A stretch of 64,000 bases of DNA from a virus. The notes beneath the pieces are model-generated. The model saw only the letters and a program-made list of their open reading frames with translations. It ran no database searches and was not told where the DNA came from. The stretch lies in the IMG/VR virus record IMGVR_UViG_3300045988_183667; one strand, written 5' to 3'. A program made the position numbers and the translations under genes. Shown in pieces: positions 19,059 through 28,120 of this stretch. The stretch's first letter is position 1. Every line of letters starts with the position of its first letter.

Positions 19059-19487
19059 ATGGTTGATTTGAGATTATGGGAACAGGTTCCAAATCATGAA
19101 AAGTTTGAACATATATCAGACAAAGCAAAGAATGCTTTGATTCAAAGCATGATAGATGATGAGAAATATCGTAACAATGAGGGTCGATATATCATTTCTT
19201 CTGATATTATGGGACGGCCTTCCGATGTAAAGATATTTGAAAAACTGGACCAGCAAAGGGTGTGTTATATGAGAAAGAAAAAAGATGCCCGTTATCTGAA
19301 TGTGAATATTGACAGACCTGTGTATGAAGAACTGGAAGCCTTCAGTGTTCATACCGGCATTTCTAAAACCGCTGCGGTACAGCATGGTCTGCGTATGTAC
19401 ATGGATGATTTCTACAGACGGAACGATGGCTTGAAAGAGGTCATTGACAGTAAAATGAATCAGAAAGAAGGACGGGATGATGAATGA
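19059..19487 (+). CDS. ribbon-helix-helix (CopG/Arc/ParG-like) DNA-binding protein
   Basis: C-terminal RHH segment YLNVNIDRPVYEELEAFSVHTGISKTAAVQHGLRMYMDD; AAGGAAG RBS; a TTGACG-18-TATGCT promoter lies upstream. Confidence 0.6.
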   Translation: MVDLRLWEQVPNHEKFEHISDKAKNALIQSMIDDEKYRNNEGRYIISSDIMGRPSDVKIFEKLDQQRVCYMRKKKDARYLNVNIDRPVYEELEAFSVHTGISKTAAVQHGLRMYMDDFYRRNDGLKEVIDSKMNQKEGRDDE

Positions 19488-20763
19488 AAAATCTTATAAT
19501 ATGTATCTGCGGATGGTAAAGCTGGCCTGCCGCAATGTAAAGACCGCAGTCTGCCGGGAGAACGGTATCACAGACACAAATATGGTACAGGTGAAGATCC
19601 GTGACCGTGATGGGCTTGTAGAAATGGTGTCAGTGATTGTGCGGACACCGGAGTCAGCGGAGACCGTTTATGCCTCACGGGTATCGAAACGTATTGTGAT
19701 CTCCACGGATGTCACGCTGTTGCACCAGGTAAATACGGCAGCCGTGTTTATCCAGAGCATCTTAAAGTCCCGCACAGCACGTATCTGCCAGAAGCAGATC
19801 GTAAATTATCTGATGGCAGAACGCTATCTGGATGCCGCGTGGGATTATGACAAGCAGAACCCGATGGAAGACGGCAGCATGCCGAATGTCGAGTACGCAA
19901 AGAGTGTCATCGTTGACCGGTATTCGCTGAATTTTATCGGCGGTTTTTTACTGGATGACAGACCGCGGATTGAGCCTTCGATCTTACAGGGGTTAAAAGC
20001 ACAGGCATTTAACCCGGATTATTCCCTTACCACAGAAGAGCAGAACGCAAAGCTGGTGGATCGCCGGTATGCAAGGGATTTCGGTATGAGGACCGATGTG
20101 TTCTTAACCGCAACGCCGGTATCTTTTAAGGTGAATACAGTAAAAGATACGGAGCAGAAATCCATGATTGATGTCTTTATCAAAAAGCAGAAGACGTCAG
20201 AAACAGAGATCATTGCACAGCTGTATCAGACATCGTTTGCCAACATTCCGTTACAGAAGCGTCGTCGTCGGTTCGTGAATTTACGTTCCAAGAACAGGGA
20301 TGTGGAAATCTGTCCGGAAAGCGCTCTTAAAATTAAGAGGCAGTTTTCCCAGATTGAAGCAACAACGAAGCACGCTTACATAATGGACTATTTTAACGAT
20401 AACATGCAGCCGGGATCAACCAGGGATGCTTATTATTTTGATCAGGAAGCATGGATGTATAAGTATATGTGGCAGGTTGAGGGTCTTATTTATGAGCAGG
20501 CCGGGAGCATTTATCTTCCTGACGGGTCTGCCATCGAGGTGCCGGATTCCATGCTGCCGTATGAGTTTTTCCACAGAATCAATACGGTATATGCTGCACT
20601 GTTCGGCTTTACGCCGGAAGATGCCGTTGGTGGAAGCAACTGGCTGATCGACAGTATCAGAAGTGCATACACAGACGAAGGAAATGCTCTGTACTGTCTG
20701 ACGGTCATCGACAAGAGATTAGAAAATATCAGAACGGAAAGAGAGGAACAGTCAAAATGGTAA
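19477..20763 (+). CDS. hypothetical protein (428 aa)
   Basis: Long ORF whose start overlaps the upstream stop. Confidence 0.55.
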   Translation: MMNEKSYNMYLRMVKLACRNVKTAVCRENGITDTNMVQVKIRDRDGLVEMVSVIVRTPESAETVYASRVSKRIVISTDVTLLHQVNTAAVFIQSILKSRTARICQKQIVNYLMAERYLDAAWDYDKQNPMEDGSMPNVEYAKSVIVDRYSLNFIGGFLLDDRPRIEPSILQGLKAQAFNPDYSLTTEEQNAKLVDRRYARDFGMRTDVFLTATPVSFKVNTVKDTEQKSMIDVFIKKQKTSETEIIAQLYQTSFANIPLQKRRRRFVNLRSKNRDVEICPESALKIKRQFSQIEATTKHAYIMDYFNDNMQPGSTRDAYYFDQEAWMYKYMWQVEGLIYEQAGSIYLPDGSAIEVPDSMLPYEFFHRINTVYAALFGFTPEDAVGGSNWLIDSIRSAYTDEGNALYCLTVIDKRLENIRTEREEQSKW

Positions 20764-21593
20764 GAATGATGAAGTGTCCTTACTGTGGTAAGGATGTACG
20801 TGTGTCAAGCCACTGGACAACTGCAACGTGCCAGAATTGCCACGAGAGTTTTGAGATTGGCGTAGAAGTGTTCGAGTTATCCGAAGAGGAACAGGCAAAA
20901 GAACAGGAACGTGCCATGAAGGAGATCCATGAAAAGGAGCAGGAAAAGCAGGACAGACAGATTGAGACAAAGCGCCGGTTAAGACAGATGCTTCACCTGC
21001 CGGAGTCAGATCCTTATGCCGGAATTAAATTCGAGGGCGAGGAAGAGGAAAAGCCGGTGAAAAATGACAATATGGATAACAAAAAGCGGCTGCTCATCGC
21101 CGGTGTCATCGGCGCTGGTGTTCTGGTAATTATTGTTCTGGCAGTGATTATCGTATCTGCTCTGGGATCAAATAGTGTGCAACCTATTGCTGAGGCTACG
21201 CCTGCTCCTGAACAGACGGAAGCCACACAGGTAGTATCGTCTGGAGAAGCAACGGTGGAGCAGTATGACGGAACATGGACAGACGGGTTTTCCATTGACT
21301 CTAACCCTGACGATGGAAAGTATATGATTGACTTACAGTCATCTGATACGGGTGAACAGAAAGAGGTTTATTTAAAACCTGATGTAGAAGATGATTCTGT
21401 GAAGGATTCTGTTTCACAGAACAATGTGAAGAGTCCAGAAGAAAAACAAGAGTTACCTGATAATACACAGGTGTCCGGAGAGTTGCCGGCATCACCTGCG
21501 GCTGCAAAGGACGAAGGGAATGCCTATATGGGTTCCGGCAATGACACAGGATCTGATAAAGCGCTGATCAATAAGCTGTTCAATGGACAGTAA
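20757..21593 (+). CDS. zinc-ribbon membrane protein
   Basis: N-terminal CPYCG...CQNC zinc ribbon, a coiled coil, a TM helix (LLIAGVIGAGVLVIIVLAVIIV), and an acidic extracellular tail. Confidence 0.55.
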   Translation: MVRMMKCPYCGKDVRVSSHWTTATCQNCHESFEIGVEVFELSEEEQAKEQERAMKEIHEKEQEKQDRQIETKRRLRQMLHLPESDPYAGIKFEGEEEEKPVKNDNMDNKKRLLIAGVIGAGVLVIIVLAVIIVSALGSNSVQPIAEATPAPEQTEATQVVSSGEATVEQYDGTWTDGFSIDSNPDDGKYMIDLQSSDTGEQKEVYLKPDVEDDSVKDSVSQNNVKSPEEKQELPDNTQVSGELPASPAAAKDEGNAYMGSGNDTGSDKALINKLFNGQ

Positions 21594-21598
21594 GACAT

Positions 21599-21637
21599 AA
21601 AATATGCAGAGCCAAATGCCGGTTCTGCATATTTTTT
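21599..21637. terminator. bidirectional rho-independent terminator between convergent genes
   Basis: Perfect 12-bp stem AAAATATGCAGA/TCTGCATATTTT with a 13-nt loop, A-run before it and T-run after. Confidence 0.7.
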
Positions 21638-22661
21638 ACGGATTATAGTCATCACTGATTTCTTCAGTGTCATCTTCCGGCATCTGTATTCCGGACAGCA
21701 GTTCGTTAATCGCATCAGACCGGATTGTCTTGTTTGTTTCCGTAGGTTCCGGCTGAGTTTGTCCGGTTTCTATCAGGTATGGTTTTGTGATGCATGTTTC
21801 ATAGGACAGGTCAGTATCCTGTAAGCCGGGATAGTTCTTTTCTATTACCGGGTACAGTTTCATGCAGACAGAAGCAATACACCTGTCCTGTTTCAGGCCA
21901 CGTGGAATATCATCGTCAGAAAGACAGTTTAAGTAAGCGGCTCTCGTGTCTGTGTGGGATATTATATAACGTCTGACAGGATCTTCTGTATTTTCCAGTG
22001 GTATGTTTACGGGATAGAAACGGGTTTCCATGAACGACTTGTCATAAGCATCGTCGAAAGCAGACAGGATCTCATCAACAGAAGCATACTGTTTATCTTT
22101 GATGAAATATGATGTCATGTGGGCTTTCTCGTTTACAATGTCAACAATGATGCTTTCCAGCTGGTCAGTTGGGATGTCAGGGAATTCATCGCAGAGATAT
22201 TCATAAGCACTTTCAATTCCGTACTGTTCGGCCTGGATTTCGTTCGCATTAAAACGGTAGTTACTGTCGCTTAAATAATAGTCATTGCTATACATACAGG
22301 CAATTTCCTGTATCATCTGATTCATGGAATTTTCGTCCGGATGTTCCTGTTTGAAAAGATTGTTTTTCTGGATGCAATGCATATGCTCATGATACATATT
22401 GATAACAACTTTGGCAAAATCAGTATCAGATACAGTAGGGTTTATCAGTTGTATTATGGATTTTCTAACAGGCATTGTGTTTGAAGTACTGATAGATACA
22501 TGTGAAACCATACCTGTTTCATTTGTATGTGTGCTGCCATTACCGTATGCAAGTTTGTTTGTCAGTGTGCATGGTATATTATATTGAGTAAACAGATTAT
22601 TGCTGAGAGTTTTTAATCTTGTTGCTGTTTTACGTTTGTCCAGTTTCAGTATGTTATCCAT
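21636..22661 (-). CDS. putative zinc metallopeptidase (HExxH: HEHMH), ImmA/IrrE-like?
   Basis: HEHMH motif; co-transcribed downstream of an XRE HTH regulator, as in ImmR/ImmA modules. Confidence 0.45.
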   Translation of the reverse strand: MDNILKLDKRKTATRLKTLSNNLFTQYNIPCTLTNKLAYGNGSTHTNETGMVSHVSISTSNTMPVRKSIIQLINPTVSDTDFAKVVINMYHEHMHCIQKNNLFKQEHPDENSMNQMIQEIACMYSNDYYLSDSNYRFNANEIQAEQYGIESAYEYLCDEFPDIPTDQLESIIVDIVNEKAHMTSYFIKDKQYASVDEILSAFDDAYDKSFMETRFYPVNIPLENTEDPVRRYIISHTDTRAAYLNCLSDDDIPRGLKQDRCIASVCMKLYPVIEKNYPGLQDTDLSYETCITKPYLIETGQTQPEPTETNKTIRSDAINELLSGIQMPEDDTEEISDDYNP

Positions 22662-22972
22662 AAACGACCTTCCTTTACGGCTTTTTCCAGTTCAGCTTCT
22701 TTTTCTTTTGTTATCATCATGTCTTCTAAAGTTGCCATTTCGAATTCTCTGTCATTTTTATGCTTTTTGAATTCTTCAAAAGAGCCGTATGGATAATCTG
22801 ATGACGATATATTTAATTCTTTTGCTTCAATAATATCTATTATATCCTGAACATTACGAATGTCGTATCCCATATCAAACAGCATATCTGTGAGTTTATG
22901 AAATTTTCTTTCATTCTCGGATGGTTTGTATTTTGGCAAATTAAATCTAGGTACCGGCATTATTTCCTGCAC
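22646..22972 (-). CDS. hypothetical protein (108 aa)
   Basis: ORF between the HTH and HExxH genes, with overlapping stops. Confidence 0.45.
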   Translation of the reverse strand: MQEIMPVPRFNLPKYKPSENERKFHKLTDMLFDMGYDIRNVQDIIDIIEAKELNISSSDYPYGSFEEFKKHKNDREFEMATLEDMMITKEKEAELEKAVKEGRLWITY

Positions 22973-23211
22973 TCCTTTCTGTTCTTATGGCAGTCATCGG
23001 TTTTGGGATCCGGATTTTCTTTTTCTATCCTTTCTTCCAGATCAAGAATTCTCTCGACCATATAAAGAATATGGCCGGGAGTCCGTTTGATGCCGCCTTC
23101 CCATCCCTGCAGGGTTTTTATGCTGAGATGGAATCTCTTTGCGAACTGGCTCTGGCTTAAGCCTGTCCGCGCCCTTAAGTCTTTCATTTTCTTGGTAGCA
23201 ATATTTTCCAT
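22960..23211 (-). CDS. XRE-family helix-turn-helix transcriptional regulator
   Basis: LRARTGLSQSQFAKRFHLSIKTLQGWEGG is a typical Cro/CI HTH; the start is placed at MENIATKK. Confidence 0.7.
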   Translation of the reverse strand: MENIATKKMKDLRARTGLSQSQFAKRFHLSIKTLQGWEGGIKRTPGHILYMVERILDLEERIEKENPDPKTDDCHKNRKECRK

Positions 23212-23267
23212 AATTATATTATACTCGAAAGGAGAATACATTGCAAGCAGATTTTATAGGAACAATC

Positions 23268-23316
23268 AACTGATATATCAGTTGTTCTTGACAAAATACG
23301 CTGACCAGCGTATAAT
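23268..23316 (+). promoter_or_regulatory. TTGACA-17-TATAAT promoter with two palindromic operators
   Basis: AACTGATATATCAGTT 23268..23283; -35 at 23288..23293; ACGCTGACCAGCGT 23298..23311 inside the spacer; -10 at 23311..23316. Confidence 0.7.
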
Positions 23317-23345
23317 AAAGATATGAGATAGAAGGAGATTATATT

Positions 23346-25220
23346 ATGTCAAATGATATTGTGCTGACAGATGAGCAACAGTTTTTTATAGATAGTGCAT
23401 TAGCCGGCAAGAACATCCTCGTGGATGCCTGCATCGGTTCTGGCAAGACAACGACAATACAGAGAGCCTGTTCAGCATTAAGTCCGAAGCGGGTTTTGTA
23501 CCTTACTTATAACAGGCGTCTTTATGACGATGCTTGCAAGAAGATCCACGAGACGAATACAACGATTGCAACATTCCACAGGTTTGCAGCACAGTGCTGT
23601 TTCGGTAACGAAATTCCACAGACGTCCATGAACACGGTGTGCAGACAGTTTGCGAACAGTGTGACACATATCCCGAAATATGATGTGGTCATTGTGGATG
23701 AATATCAGGATCTCAGGGAAGACACGGCCGCAGTTTTAAATGCCATCTGCCGGCTTTCTTATCTGGAATACGACGGATTTGTGCCGCAGTTTCTGATCGT
23801 TGGTGACATGCAGCAGAAGATTTATGACACATCGAATTTCAAGGCAGATGATTTCATCCGGTATCTGTTCGGTATCATTAAGAATGACGAGTATATGCGG
23901 TTTACAAAGTGTTTCCGTCTGGCTCCCGGTTATGCCGCAGAGATTGGTCAGGCTTGGAACAAAAGCATTGTGGGTTGCAACCCGAACAGCCGTGTCGAGG
24001 ACGTGGATTCTCTGTGTCATCTGGTGAATATCCTGAAAAATTACGAACCAAAGGACATTCTGGTTCTCGGCGGAAAGATGCCATGGGGTGCAAGGACACA
24101 GCTTCAGAACATGCTGGAAGAGCAGTATCCGTATAAGTTCAATAAGAGTACGGTGTACGCTTCCATGGATGAGCAGGATGAAATGCAGAGTTTTGATACG
24201 TCAGAAGCCGCAATCTTTACGACTTATGATTCGGCAAAGGGACTGGAACGAAAGGTCTGCGTGGTCTGCGATTTCACAGAGAAATACTTGGAAGCAAGAC
24301 AGAAACATTCGGTATCCAGACAGATCCTTAAGAATATTTTTCTGGTCGCGGCATCCCGTGGGAAAGAACGTATTATTTTCTATACGGACAGACGGGATGA
24401 TAAGCTCCAGATCAGTGTTGTGGGGCTTATTACAGGTGATATGCCGATAGATATGAAGCCCGTGACCATGAGCCATGCGTTTGAGCACAAATACGAAGAG
24501 GACATCCGTGACTGCATGGATTTCCTTACGATAGAAAAGATCCAGGATGCCGGGAAAGTCATAAAGGCTACGAAGTCCGACGGTTTTATTGACCTGTCGG
24601 CATGTATCGGCATCCATGCACAGGCAACGTATTTTGACAATTTTGATATTGATGCCATGATCTTACGTGACTACGTGGATGCACAGAATAAGGGAATCCA
24701 CCTGCCGGAGTTTAAGCCGGATTGGTCATTGCAGAAAAAGATTTTATATTACGTGGCAATGGAGTCCGGACAGCTGCGTTACCTGCGTGACATCAAGAAA
24801 AAGTTTGTCAGCAAAGCATCAGACAAAGAACTGCATGAGAGACTTGCCACGGTATTTGACGGCAGCGAAGCAGTGGAACTGCCGTGCAATATCACGTTCC
24901 AGTATGCTAAGAATGCCGTGAACGGTGTCCGTGTCGGAGACAAGACAATGCTTGGACGGTGCGATGCATTCACACATGTCGGGGAACTGTATGAATTAAA
25001 GTTTGTGGATACCATATCTCCGGACCATGAACTGCAGGCTGCATTGTATGCGATCGCGTTTGGTATGAAATACGCAATCATCTGGAACTTGCAGGATGAT
25101 ACGAAGCTGCGTGTTTCTGTGGATCCAAACCGTATCAGTGAGTTCTTGCAGTGTGTCTGCAAGTGCATTTCCAAAGATATGTTAACAGTAGACGCTGGAA
25201 GCATCCATATTTCAGGCTGA
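23346..25220 (+). CDS. SF1 UvrD-like helicase fused to a C-terminal RecB/Cas4-like PD-(D/E)xK nuclease
   Basis: Helicase motifs: GSGKTTT (I), VVIVDEYQD (II), IVGDMQQKIY (III), TTYDSAKGLE (V), VAASRGKERI (VI). C-terminal D-x6-ELYELK followed by QAALYA (QxxxY). Confidence 0.8.
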   Translation: MSNDIVLTDEQQFFIDSALAGKNILVDACIGSGKTTTIQRACSALSPKRVLYLTYNRRLYDDACKKIHETNTTIATFHRFAAQCCFGNEIPQTSMNTVCRQFANSVTHIPKYDVVIVDEYQDLREDTAAVLNAICRLSYLEYDGFVPQFLIVGDMQQKIYDTSNFKADDFIRYLFGIIKNDEYMRFTKCFRLAPGYAAEIGQAWNKSIVGCNPNSRVEDVDSLCHLVNILKNYEPKDILVLGGKMPWGARTQLQNMLEEQYPYKFNKSTVYASMDEQDEMQSFDTSEAAIFTTYDSAKGLERKVCVVCDFTEKYLEARQKHSVSRQILKNIFLVAASRGKERIIFYTDRRDDKLQISVVGLITGDMPIDMKPVTMSHAFEHKYEEDIRDCMDFLTIEKIQDAGKVIKATKSDGFIDLSACIGIHAQATYFDNFDIDAMILRDYVDAQNKGIHLPEFKPDWSLQKKILYYVAMESGQLRYLRDIKKKFVSKASDKELHERLATVFDGSEAVELPCNITFQYAKNAVNGVRVGDKTMLGRCDAFTHVGELYELKFVDTISPDHELQAALYAIAFGMKYAIIWNLQDDTKLRVSVDPNRISEFLQCVCKCISKDMLTVDAGSIHISG

Positions 25221-25236
25221 AAGGGGAGTTGAATCT

Positions 25237-25737
25237 ATGAACTGGAATGAGTTATTTGTAAAATTTACACAGAACCGGGAGGTGACAGACCTCGTGGATC
25301 ATAAGTATGTATATCTTGCCATTATGATGTGTATTGCAGGATTTGTGATGCTGTTTGCTTATCTGGGCCGCAATATTAAAAAGTACCGGTGTGACGCAAA
25401 GGTCACCGGCAAATGCGTGGATGTCAAGTGCAGCATAAAGCATAATGATGTCTATTACACCTGTGATTATCTGATCGGTTATGATGGTGCAAGGTATCTG
25501 CTCCACGATGTGCCGTATTCCGGTGGGGCGGGGTTTGCTAGTCCGGCAAAGGCAAAGGTTCCCGAAAAGGGACATTCCGTGAAGTTGCGGATCCGTATCA
25601 AAGGCGACCAGATTACGGAATGCTGGACGAAAAAGGACAGTGTACAGCAGTATGTGATGCTGTTCTGCTGTCTGATGTTTGTCGGCGTGGCACTGTATCT
25701 TACGGTACATTATGGTTTACTGGGAGCATTATTATGA
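25237..25737 (+). CDS. membrane protein (2 TM)
   Basis: Hydrophobic helices at the N-terminus and C-terminus. Confidence 0.5.
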   Translation: MNWNELFVKFTQNREVTDLVDHKYVYLAIMMCIAGFVMLFAYLGRNIKKYRCDAKVTGKCVDVKCSIKHNDVYYTCDYLIGYDGARYLLHDVPYSGGAGFASPAKAKVPEKGHSVKLRIRIKGDQITECWTKKDSVQQYVMLFCCLMFVGVALYLTVHYGLLGALL

Positions 25738-25928
25738 GCAGACTGAAAGATTTGATGAATGAGAGAGGTTACACAAAGGCATCCCTGTCAGAGTTATCCG
25801 GTATCAGCGTGCGGACACTGGAGCCGTACATTGCCGGTTCAAGGAAATTTGCGAACACGCCGTTATGGCTCGCCGTAAAAATTGCAGATACGCTGGGTGT
25901 GGATGTTCATGATTTGATGGAGGAATAA
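25734..25928 (+). CDS. XRE-family HTH regulator (65 aa)
   Basis: KASLSELSGISVRTLEPYIAG HTH; ATGA overlap with the upstream gene. Confidence 0.6.
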   Translation: MSRLKDLMNERGYTKASLSELSGISVRTLEPYIAGSRKFANTPLWLAVKIADTLGVDVHDLMEE

Positions 25929-25929
25929 T

Positions 25930-26550
25930 ATGAAAAAGACATTACAGGAAGAATTTCTGGAAGCATTTAAGAATTTTGAGGACGTGCTTGCATCCGAAGG
26001 TTTTACAAGGATGTCATCCGGAAGAGGGCTGGTAGCACAGTATGAGGATAAACTGGAACCGGAATCGGATGTAAGAAAGGGATTGCAGCAGTGCCGTATT
26101 ATCCGCAATGCCTATCAGCACGAGAACAGAGTGCTGTTCCTGCCGACACCGGATGCCGTGAAGCTGTTGCAGGATGAAGCGGCAAAACTTGACAGGCGTG
26201 TTGCTGCAAAAGATATTATGAAAAAGCCAAAGAAGCTCGCACCGACAGACAGGACATATATGCTTTCTGCAAAAGATATTGATTTCATCCTTGCCGGCGG
26301 GGTTCTTCCGATCGTGGATGAGAACGGCGGATATATCGGTGGTGTGGACAAAAACGTGCTGATCCGCATGCTGACGTTTTCTGCCAGAAAAGTACAGATC
26401 CGTTCGATGCTTGCCGATGACGTGATAAAAAATGCTATATCCGCGGCAGCAGGTATCACAACACCGGAAACACTGGTCGCAGACTTAAAAGACGGTGTGT
26501 ATGCTGTGATCGACAGTAAGGATAAATACAGGGGTATGATTGTAAAATAG
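25930..26550 (+). CDS. CBS-pair (Bateman) domain protein with N-terminal HEPN-like domain (RNxxxH)
   Basis: The C-terminal half has two CBS-like units (DIMKKP...ILAGGVLPIVDENGGYIGGVDKNVLIRML; SMLADD...VYAVIDSKDKYRGMIV). The N-terminal ~95-aa helical region carries RIIRNAYQHE, which fits Rx4-6H. Confidence 0.5.
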   Translation: MKKTLQEEFLEAFKNFEDVLASEGFTRMSSGRGLVAQYEDKLEPESDVRKGLQQCRIIRNAYQHENRVLFLPTPDAVKLLQDEAAKLDRRVAAKDIMKKPKKLAPTDRTYMLSAKDIDFILAGGVLPIVDENGGYIGGVDKNVLIRMLTFSARKVQIRSMLADDVIKNAISAAAGITTPETLVADLKDGVYAVIDSKDKYRGMIVK

Positions 26551-26563
26551 GAGGTAGCAAAAT

Positions 26564-27694
26564 ATGCAGATCAGATGTCCGGAATGCGGAAAGGTGTTTG
26601 ATTTGTCCGGCAGTGATGCCGACGAGATCAGACAGCAGATCCGTAACCATGAATTAGAGAAAGAAGTGAAGCGCCGTGTGGATCAGTTTAAAGAAACACA
26701 GGACGCAAAGCAGGAACTTGCCGTAAAAGAGGCAGTTTCCAAGGAACGTGAAAAGTACATGACAGAGCTGGAGTCTGCAAGGCGTAAGCAGCATGATGCA
26801 GAAATGCAGGCAAAGACAGAGAAGGAGTCATCACAGATCCGTCTGGACAAGGCTGTTCTTGAGACAGAGAAGAAATTCACGGAGCAGCTTTCCGAAAAAG
26901 ATGCCGAGATTAAGGCAAAGACCGTGGAGGCAGAGTATTACAGGGATTTAAAAGCCCGTATGTCCACAAAGATGGTTGGAGAGTCCTTGGAGCAGCACTG
27001 CCATGATGAGTTTGAAAAGCTCCGTGCGACGGCTTTCCGGTTCGATTATTTTGAAAAGGACAACGAGGTTTCTTCTTCCGGTTCCAAGGGAGACTTTGTC
27101 TACCGTGCATATACACCTGATAAAATGGAACTGGTGTCTATCATGTTTGAGATGAAGAACGAAATGGAAACGACGGAGAAGAAGCACAAGAACGAAGATT
27201 TCTTCAAGGAACTGGACAAAGACCGTAGGGAGAAGGGCTGTGAGTACGCTGTCCTTGTGACGATGCTGGAAGCAGATTCTGAGCTGTACAATCAGGGTAT
27301 CGTGGATGTATCCCACAGATATGAGAAGATGTATGTGATTCGTCCGCAGTTCTTCATTCCGTTTATCACGATGATCCGTAATGAGGCCGCAAGACGTGAG
27401 GACATGACAAGACAGCTTGCAACCATGGCGGAGCAGAATGTCGATGTGCTGAATCTCCGCAATGCGATCGAAGCTTTCAAATCAGACGTGGGAACATCGT
27501 TTGGCCACTTTTCTACAAAGTATCAGGAAGCCATGGATGACATTGACAAGGCGATCGTTGCTTTGCAGAAAACAAAAGAAGCCATGCGTCTTGCATTAAA
27601 GCATCTTGATACGACACAGCGTAAGGTTGATCGGATCGAGGTAAAGAAACTGGTAAAAGACGCACCGGGGCTTGCCGCTCAGCTGGAGGAATAG
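26564..27694 (+). CDS. DUF2130-like protein (N-terminal zinc ribbon + coiled-coil + C-terminal globular domain)
   Basis: MQIRCPECGKVFDL...IRNHELEKE at the N-terminus is characteristic of the DUF2130 family as I recall it; no alignment was run. Confidence 0.6.
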   Translation: MQIRCPECGKVFDLSGSDADEIRQQIRNHELEKEVKRRVDQFKETQDAKQELAVKEAVSKEREKYMTELESARRKQHDAEMQAKTEKESSQIRLDKAVLETEKKFTEQLSEKDAEIKAKTVEAEYYRDLKARMSTKMVGESLEQHCHDEFEKLRATAFRFDYFEKDNEVSSSGSKGDFVYRAYTPDKMELVSIMFEMKNEMETTEKKHKNEDFFKELDKDRREKGCEYAVLVTMLEADSELYNQGIVDVSHRYEKMYVIRPQFFIPFITMIRNEAARREDMTRQLATMAEQNVDVLNLRNAIEAFKSDVGTSFGHFSTKYQEAMDDIDKAIVALQKTKEAMRLALKHLDTTQRKVDRIEVKKLVKDAPGLAAQLEE

Positions 27695-27698
27695 AGTT

Positions 27699-27917
27699 AT
27701 GTTTTTCGTGAATGGACAGGATTTTAATACCGTTCTTGTACTGCCGGATGGCAAGTATCTGATACAGGCATTTTTACGGGCAGTTCCGAATGCAGGTAAT
27801 TATTTTGTTTACCGTGGACAGAGGTATTGTATCAAAAGGGTGACACATTTTTATTCAAACAGGCCATGCCGGGGCAAGAAACTTACACTGTATCTTGACT
27901 GCAACGTATGTCCTTGA
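27699..27917 (+). CDS. small Cys-rich hypothetical protein (72 aa)
   Basis: A GGAGGAA RBS lies 8 nt upstream of the ATG at 27699; it overlaps the 3' end of the upstream gene. Confidence 0.35.
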   Translation: MFFVNGQDFNTVLVLPDGKYLIQAFLRAVPNAGNYFVYRGQRYCIKRVTHFYSNRPCRGKKLTLYLDCNVCP

Positions 27918-27943
27918 CAGTGTTATGCTGTATATTATATAAT
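27914..27943 (+). promoter_or_regulatory. promoter TTGACA-18-TATAAT
   Basis: 27914..27919 and 27938..27943. Confidence 0.5.
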
Positions 27944-27979
27944 ATATGTATGATTGGCAAGATCAGAAAGGAGAACATT

Positions 27980-28105
27980 ATGAACGAAGGAACAAAGAAA
28001 GTCATTATTGTCAGTGCTGCGTCTGTTGTTGTAACAGTCATCGTAGCTGTTGCTACTGTGTGCAACAGACTGTTTGATCTGATTGCCGGTGACGCAGAGG
28101 TTTGA
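27980..28105 (+). CDS. small single-TM protein (41 aa)
   Basis: AAAGGAG RBS; hydrophobic IIVSAASVVVTVIVAVATV. Confidence 0.4.
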   Translation: MNEGTKKVIIVSAASVVVTVIVAVATVCNRLFDLIAGDAEV

Positions 28106-28120
28106 TCGGGGGAAAATGCG

